From positions 62,001 to 126,000 of IMG/VR virus record IMGVR_UViG_3300023174_000038: DNA of 64,000 nucleotides; one strand, given 5' to 3'. Under the pieces are notes generated by a model, which ran no database searches, was not told the origin of the DNA, and was given only the letters and a program-made list of their open reading frames with translations. Shown piece after piece: positions 58,023 through 64,000 of this stretch. Position 1 is the first letter of the stretch, and every line of letters begins with the position of its first letter. The translations under genes were made by a program, and so were the position numbers.

Positions 58023-61000
58023 ATGGCATTGACAGTAATTAAACCATCAGGAATAGATACATCTGGTAACTACACAGTTAACGGAATGAACGTTTCTGCC
58101 AATGCGTCTATTGCTAATCTTACTGTCACTGCCTCAAGTAATTTAGGTCTAGTTGGTAATATCTATATAGGTGGCGGCACTAGTGGACAATATTTACAAA
58201 CAAATGGATCCGGTGTATTAACTTGGGCTAGTGTAAGTTCTGGTTCAGCAAGTAATATTGCAAATGGAAATAGCAATGTTAACATCCCATCAGCTAACGG
58301 TAATGTTAATATCAGTGCAGTCGGTAATGCTAATATATTAGTTATAACTGGCACTGGTGCTAATATAGCCGGAACATTAAATGTGTCCGGAAATACGACA
58401 GTAGGCAATTTAGTCACATCTGGTTCTGGTGGTACACTATCTAATATTAACGTTGTTTCTGCTAATACATTTACCGCCAGCGGTAATATCACTTCCGGTA
58501 ATGCTACTCTTGGTAATAGCGTAACTGCTAATTACTTCATTGGTAACTTCTATGGTACTGCTAACTTAGCAACATACGCAACTACAGCTAATAGTGTTGC
58601 GGGTGCTAATGTATCTGGACAAGTAAGTAATGCATTAGTTGCAGGTACTGTATATACTAATGCACAACCAAACATAACAAGCACTGGAACATTAACAAGT
58701 TTAAATGTATCGGGTAACGCTACTATTGGTAATATCACTACCGGTGCAGGCTCAGGTGGTAATATTACTGGTGCTAACGTCATTTCATCTAATACATTAA
58801 CTGCATCAGGTAATATAACATCAGCTAATGCTAATTTAGGTAATAGTGTTACTGCTAATTATTTTATTGGATCCGGTAATAACTTAAGTAACATACAAGC
58901 CGCTAATGTATCTGGACAAGTAAGTAATGCATTAGTTGCAGGTACCGTATATACTGCGGCACAACCAAATATTACAAGTGTTGGTACATTAACTGGTTTA
59001 ACAAGTAATGGTGTAGTAAATTTTGCTAATACAAGCAATACATCATTGGGCGCTGTTGGTAACGTACATATCACAGGTGGTACTAGTGGTCAATATCTAC
59101 AAACAGATGGATCCGGTAACTTAAGTTGGTCTACTGTAAGTACTGGAGCCGCAAGTAATATTGCAAATGGCAATAGTAATGTAAACATTCCATCTGCTAA
59201 TGGAAATGTAAATATTAGTGCTGTTGGCAATGCAAATGTTCTAGTTGTCACCGGAACCGGAGCAAACATAGCTGGTACATTAAATGTAACTGGTAATGCT
59301 ACTATCGGCAATATTACAACCGGTGCTGGTTCAGGTGGTAATATCACTGGCGCCAATGTTATCTCAGCTAACACATTAACTGCATCAGGTAATATAACCG
59401 GAGCTAATGCTAATTTAGGTAATAGTGTAACAGCTAATTACTTCATAGGTAATTTATATGGTACTGCTAACTTAGCTACATATGCAACAACAGCTAACGC
59501 GGTTGCTGGTGGTAACGTATCAGGTCAAGTAAGTAATGCATTAGTAGCTGGTACAGTATATACAAATGCTCAACCAAATATAACAAGTGTTGGTACATTA
59601 ACTACATTAAGTGTTAGCGGTAATGCTACAGTTGGTAATCTATCTACCAGTGGTTCAGGTGGAACTTTATCCAACATTAATGTTATTTCAGCTAATACAT
59701 TTACTGCTAGTGGTAATATCACAGCCGCTAATGCTAACTTAGGTAATAGTGTAACTGCTAATTACTTTACCGGTAACTTCTATGGAACAGCTAATCTAGC
59801 CACATACGCAACAACTGCAAACAGTGTGGCTGGTGGTAATGTATCAGGGCAAGTAGCTAACGCATTAGTTGCGGGCACTGTATACACAAATGCTCAACCA
59901 AATATCACATCAGTTGGTTCATTAATTGGATTAACAGTAAGTAATGCAACTGGGGTTGTTAATTTAACTACTACAGCAAATGTCACCTTAGGAGCAGTAG
60001 CTAACTTACATATCAGTGGTGGCACAAATGGTCAATATCTACAAACAGATGGATCCGGAACATTAACTTGGTCTAGTGTTAGTTCTGGCGCCGCAAGTAA
60101 TATAAGTAATGGAAATAGCAATGTTAACATACCAGCTGCAAATGGAAACGTTAATATCAGCGCAGTTGGTAATGCAAATGTTGTAGTTATTACTGGAACC
60201 GGAATAAATGTTGCCGGAACATTAAATGCTACTGGTAATACGTCATTGGGTAACTTAGTTACATCTGGATCAGGTGGTAATATTACTAACGCCAATGTCA
60301 TTAGCGCAAATACATTTACATCTAGTGGTAACTTAACATCCGGTAATGCTAATTTGGGTAATAGCGCAGTAGCTAATTACTTTACTGGTACTCTCTACGG
60401 AACTGCTAACTTAGCTACATATGCAACTACAGCTAACGCAGTAGCAGGTGCTAATGTATCTGGGCAAGTTGGCAATGCATTAGTTGCAGGCACTGTATAT
60501 ACTAACGCACAGCCAAACATTACAAGTGTAGGTACATTAAGTAGTTTAACAGTTTCAGCTAACGGTACATTTGGAAACATATTAGGTCCACTCGCAAACG
60601 GTAATAGTAATGTTAACATACCCTCTGCAAATGGAAACGTTAACATTAGTGCTGCGGGTAATGCTAATATTTTAGTAATTACAGGCACTGGAATAAATGT
60701 AGCCGGTACATTAAACGTCTCAGGTAATACTACAGTAAGTAATTTAATATCATCAGGTACTGGCGGTAACATTAGTAATGCTAACGTTATGTCAGCTAAT
60801 ACATTTACTGCTTCAGGTAATATTACTGGTGCATATATTTTAGGTAATGGTAGTCAACTTACTGGTATCAGTAGTTCTAGTATCAGTAATGGTAATAGTA
60901 ATGTTAATATACCCTCTGCAAACGGCAACGTTAATATTAGTGCAGTTGGTAATGCAAACGTAGTTGTAATAACCGGAACTGGAGTTAATGTTGCCGGATA

Positions 61001-64000
61001 CACAACTATAACTGGTAATTTAACTGCTGGAAATATCAATGCTGGTTCAGGTACAGGTGGTAATATTACAGGTGCTAACTTAGTTAGTGCTAATTATCTA
61101 ACCGGTACATTAACAACTGCGGCTCAACCAAATATAACTAGTGTTGGTACATTAACTAGTTTAACTGTTACTGGTAATATTACATCTGGTAATGCAAACT
61201 TAGGTAATAGTGTAATTGCTAATTACTTCACGGGTAACTTCTATGGAACAGCTAACTCAGCAACAACTGCAGGTACAGTTACAACTGCGGCTCAACCAAA
61301 CATAACAAGTGTTGGTTCATTGACTGGATTAACCGTAAGCAATGCAACTGGTGTAGTTAATTTTACAACTACAGCTAATGTAACATTGGGGGCAGTTGCT
61401 AACTTACATATCTCTGGTGGAACAACTGGCCAATACTTATCAACAGATGGATCTGGTACACTATCTTGGTCTACTGTTAGTTCTGGAGCCGCAAGTAACA
61501 TAAGTAATGGAAACAGTAATGTAAATATTCCAGCTGCAAACGGGAACGTAAACATAAGTGCAGTAGGTAACGCAAATATTGTAGTTGTTACAGGCACTGG
61601 TGTTAATGTAGCCGGTACACTAAATGTAACTGGCAATGCAACCGTTGGTAATATCGTTACGTCGGGTAGTGGTGGTAACGTATCTAATGTCAATGTTATC
61701 TCTGCAAACACCTTTATTGCTAGTGGTAATCTTACAGCAGGCAATATCAATACAACTGGTAGTGGTGGTAATATTGGTAACGCCAATGTTATATCAGCTA
61801 ACACATTCACTGCTAGTGGTAACATTACATCTGCTAATGCTAATTTAGGTAATAGTGTTGTAGCCAATTACTTTACTGGTAACTTCTATGGGACAGCTAA
61901 TCTAGCAACATATGCTACAACTGCAAATGCAGTAGCAGGCGGTAACGTTTCTGGTCAAGTAGCTAATGCATTGATTGCCGGTACAGTATATACTAATGCT
62001 CAACCAAACATAACTTCAGTTGGTAGTTTAACTGGCTTAACTGTAAGCAATGCAACTGGCGTAGTTAACTTCACTACAACAGCTAACGTAACACTAGGTG
62101 CTGTGGCTAACTTACATATCTCCGGCGGAACAACTGGTCAGTATCTATCAACTGATGGGTCTGGTACATTAACATGGTCTACAGTTAGTTCTGGTTCAAG
62201 TAGTAATATCAGTAATGGCAATAGTAATGTTAACATACCGGCTGCAAATGGCAATGTTAATATTAGTGCAGTTGGTAATGCAAATATCGTAGTTGTTACA
62301 GGCACTGGTGTTAATGTAGCCGGTACACTAAATGTAACTGGTAATGCGACAGTTGGCAATATTGTCACATCTGGATCAGGTGGTAACGTATCTAATGTCA
62401 ACGTTATCTCAGCAAATACGTTTATTGCGTCCGGTAACTTAACTGCAGGCAATATCAATACAACTGGTAGTGGTGGTAATATTGGTAATGCAAACGTTAT
62501 CTCAGCTAATACATTCACTGCATCTGGTAACATAACTTCTGGTAATGCAAACTTAGGTAACGGTGTAACAGCTAATTACTTTACGGGTAACTTCTATGGG
62601 ACAGCCAATCTAGCAACATATGCAACTACTGCTAATGCGGTTGCCGGGGGTAATGTCTCTGGGCAAGTAGCTAACAGTTTAATAGCCGGTACAGTATACA
62701 CTAATGCACAACCAAATATAACAAGTGTTGGTAGTTTAACCGGTTTAACAGTAAGCAATGCAACAGGTGTTGTAAACTTTACAACATCAGCTAACGTAAC
62801 ACTGGGTGCAGTAGCTAATCTACATATCTCGGGTGGTACAACTGGTCAATACTTATCTACAGATGGATCAGGAACATTGACATGGTCTACTGTTTCAAGC
62901 GGGGCATCAAGTAACATCAGCAATGGTAATAGTAACGTAAACATTCCATCAGCAAACGGGAATGTTAATATCAGTGCAGTAGGTAATGCAAATATACTAG
63001 TTGTTACTGGAACAGGCGTTAATGTAGCCGGTACATTAAATGTTACAGGTAATGCTACCGTTGGCAATATTGTTACGTCGGGTAGTGGTGGTAATGTATC
63101 TAATGTTAATGTTATATCAGCTAATACATTTATTGCTAGTGGCAATCTTACAGCAGGTAATATTAACACAACAGGTAGTGGTGGTAATATTGGTAATGCA
63201 AACGTTATCTCAGCTAATACATTCACTGCATCTGCTAATATAACTAGTGGTAATGCAAACTTAGGTAATAGTGTAACTGCTAATTACTTTACTGGTAACT
63301 TCTATGGAACAGCTAATCTAGCAACATATGCTACAACTGCAAATGCGGTTGCCGGCGGCAATGTCTCTGGCCAAGTAGGTAACAGTTTAATAGCCGGTAC
63401 AGTATACACTAATGCACAACCAAATATAACTTCAGTTGGTAGTTTAACCGGATTAACAGTAAGTAATGCAACAGGTGTTGTAAACTTCACTACTACAGCT
63501 AACGTTACTTTAGGTACGGTTGCTAATTTACACATAGCCGGCGGTACAAATGGTCAATATTTACAGACAGATGGATCAGGAACATTAACTTGGGCTACGG
63601 TCAGTTCTGGTGCCGCAAGTAATATTAGTAACGGAAACAGTAATGTAAATATTCCGGCTGCAAATGGCAACATCAATTTAACTGCAGTTGGTAATACTGT
63701 AATGGTAGTAACCGGAACTGGAGTTAATGTTGCCGGATACACAACTATAACTGGTAATTTAACTGCTGGAAATATCAATGCTGGTTCAGGTACCGGTGGT
63801 AATATTACTGGTGCTAACTTAGTTAGTGCTAATTTCTTTACAGGCACATTAACAACTAATGCTCAACCAAATATAACAAGTGTTGGTACATTAACTAGTT
63901 TAACTGTTACTGGTAATATCACTGCCGGTAACGTCAATGCTGGTAATTTAATAACAGCAAATTACACAACTGCTGTAATTACCACAGCGGCACAACCAAA
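58023..64000 (+). CDS. Giant repetitive fibre protein, >=1,992 aa, truncated by the right window edge
   Basis: AAGGA SD and a TAAATA promoter (57996) precede ATG 58023 (MALTVIKPSGIDTSGNYTVNG). The frame is open at the repeat anchors checked. It is absent from the track because no stop lies in the window. Confidence 0.85.
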   Translation, partial: MALTVIKPSGIDTSGNYTVNGMNVSANASIANLTVTASSNLGLVGNIYIGGGTSGQYLQTNGSGVLTWASVSSGSASNIANGNSNVNIPSANGNVNISAVGNANILVITGTGANIAGTLNVSGNTTVGNLVTSGSGGTLSNINVVSANTFTASGNITSGNATLGNSVTANYFIGNFYGTANLATYATTANSVAGANVSGQVSNALVAGTVYTNAQPNITSTGTLTSLNVSGNATIGNITTGAGSGGNITGANVISSNTLTASGNITSANANLGNSVTANYFIGSGNNLSNIQAANVSGQVSNALVAGTVYTAAQPNITSVGTLTGLTSNGVVNFANTSNTSLGAVGNVHITGGTSGQYLQTDGSGNLSWSTVSTGAASNIANGNSNVNIPSANGNVNISAVGNANVLVVTGTGANIAGTLNVTGNATIGNITTGAGSGGNITGANVISANTLTASGNITGANANLGNSVTANYFIGNLYGTANLATYATTANAVAGGNVSGQVSNALVAGTVYTNAQPNITSVGTLTTLSVSGNATVGNLSTSGSGGTLSNINVISANTFTASGNITAANANLGNSVTANYFTGNFYGTANLATYATTANSVAGGNVSGQVANALVAGTVYTNAQPNITSVGSLIGLTVSNATGVVNLTTTANVTLGAVANLHISGGTNGQYLQTDGSGTLTWSSVSSGAASNISNGNSNVNIPAANGNVNISAVGNANVVVITGTGINVAGTLNATGNTSLGNLVTSGSGGNITNANVISANTFTSSGNLTSGNANLGNSAVANYFTGTLYGTANLATYATTANAVAGANVSGQVGNALVAGTVYTNAQPNITSVGTLSSLTVSANGTFGNILGPLANGNSNVNIPSANGNVNISAAGNANILVITGTGINVAGTLNVSGNTTVSNLISSGTGGNISNANVMSANTFTASGNITGAYILGNGSQLTGISSSSISNGNSNVNIPSANGNVNISAVGNANVVVITGTGVNVAGYTTITGNLTAGNINAGSGTGGNITGANLVSANYLTGTLTTAAQPNITSVGTLTSLTVTGNITSGNANLGNSVIANYFTGNFYGTANSATTAGTVTTAAQPNITSVGSLTGLTVSNATGVVNFTTTANVTLGAVANLHISGGTTGQYLSTDGSGTLSWSTVSSGAASNISNGNSNVNIPAANGNVNISAVGNANIVVVTGTGVNVAGTLNVTGNATVGNIVTSGSGGNVSNVNVISANTFIASGNLTAGNINTTGSGGNIGNANVISANTFTASGNITSANANLGNSVVANYFTGNFYGTANLATYATTANAVAGGNVSGQVANALIAGTVYTNAQPNITSVGSLTGLTVSNATGVVNFTTTANVTLGAVANLHISGGTTGQYLSTDGSGTLTWSTVSSGSSSNISNGNSNVNIPAANGNVNISAVGNANIVVVTGTGVNVAGTLNVTGNATVGNIVTSGSGGNVSNVNVISANTFIASGNLTAGNINTTGSGGNIGNANVISANTFTASGNITSGNANLGNGVTANYFTGNFYGTANLATYATTANAVAGGNVSGQVANSLIAGTVYTNAQPNITSVGSLTGLTVSNATGVVNFTTSANVTLGAVANLHISGGTTGQYLSTDGSGTLTWSTVSSGASSNISNGNSNVNIPSANGNVNISAVGNANILVVTGTGVNVAGTLNVTGNATVGNIVTSGSGGNVSNVNVISANTFIASGNLTAGNINTTGSGGNIGNANVISANTFTASANITSGNANLGNSVTANYFTGNFYGTANLATYATTANAVAGGNVSGQVGNSLIAGTVYTNAQPNITSVGSLTGLTVSNATGVVNFTTTANVTLGTVANLHIAGGTNGQYLQTDGSGTLTWATVSSGAASNISNGNSNVNIPAANGNINLTAVGNTVMVVTGTGVNVAGYTTITGNLTAGNINAGSGTGGNITGANLVSANFFTGTLTTNAQPNITSVGTLTSLTVTGNITAGNVNAGNLITANYTTAVITTAAQP
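61443..63660 (+). repeat. 708-nt (236-aa) in-frame tandem repeat
   Basis: The anchor T-D-G-S-G-T-L-(S/T)-W starts at 61443, 62151, 62859 and 63567, exactly 708 nt apart. Confidence 0.9.

Noticed and set aside
58163-63847. Many minus-strand ORFs (MLPV...TLPLA...) in the fibre region, also from 45263 onward
   Set aside because: Antisense shadows of repetitive GGT/AAT/ACT codons, with no RBS or independent family features.
1-64000. Stop-codon reassignment, CRISPR array, tRNA genes or inteins
   Set aside because: Core genes are full length under the standard code. No repeat-spacer array, cloverleaf or intein motif was seen by eye; tRNAscan and similar tools were not run.

Overview
This AT-rich 64-kb window comes from a large T4-related (Rak2/XacN1/Atu_ph07-type) jumbo myophage; that placement is inferred from gene content and order. 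From left to right: (i) a minus-strand baseplate/tail module of seven genes, including a giant >=4,346-aa ORF that runs off the left edge and is missing from the ORF track; (ii) a plus-strand island with sigma70-like promoters encoding a gp55-like late sigma factor, gp47/gp46 (Mre11/Rad50-like) and an Hjc-type resolvase; (iii) a ~480-nt hairpin-dense non-coding region; (iv) a tail/hub assembly gene with a canonical -1 frameshift signal, divergent from a tape measure protein that carries an M15 peptidase domain; (v) the head module (portal, core proteins, protease, scaffold, major capsid) followed by a GIY-YIG homing endonuclease; (vi) >22 kb of paralogous Asn/Gly/Thr-rich fibre genes built from shared modules, ending in a >=1,992-aa repeat protein that runs off the right edge. 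The two best leads are the candidate large structured RNA at ~29155-29640 and the adjacent G/GT-style programmed frameshift at 29831-29881. All calls come from reading motifs by eye; no database search or folding program was run.
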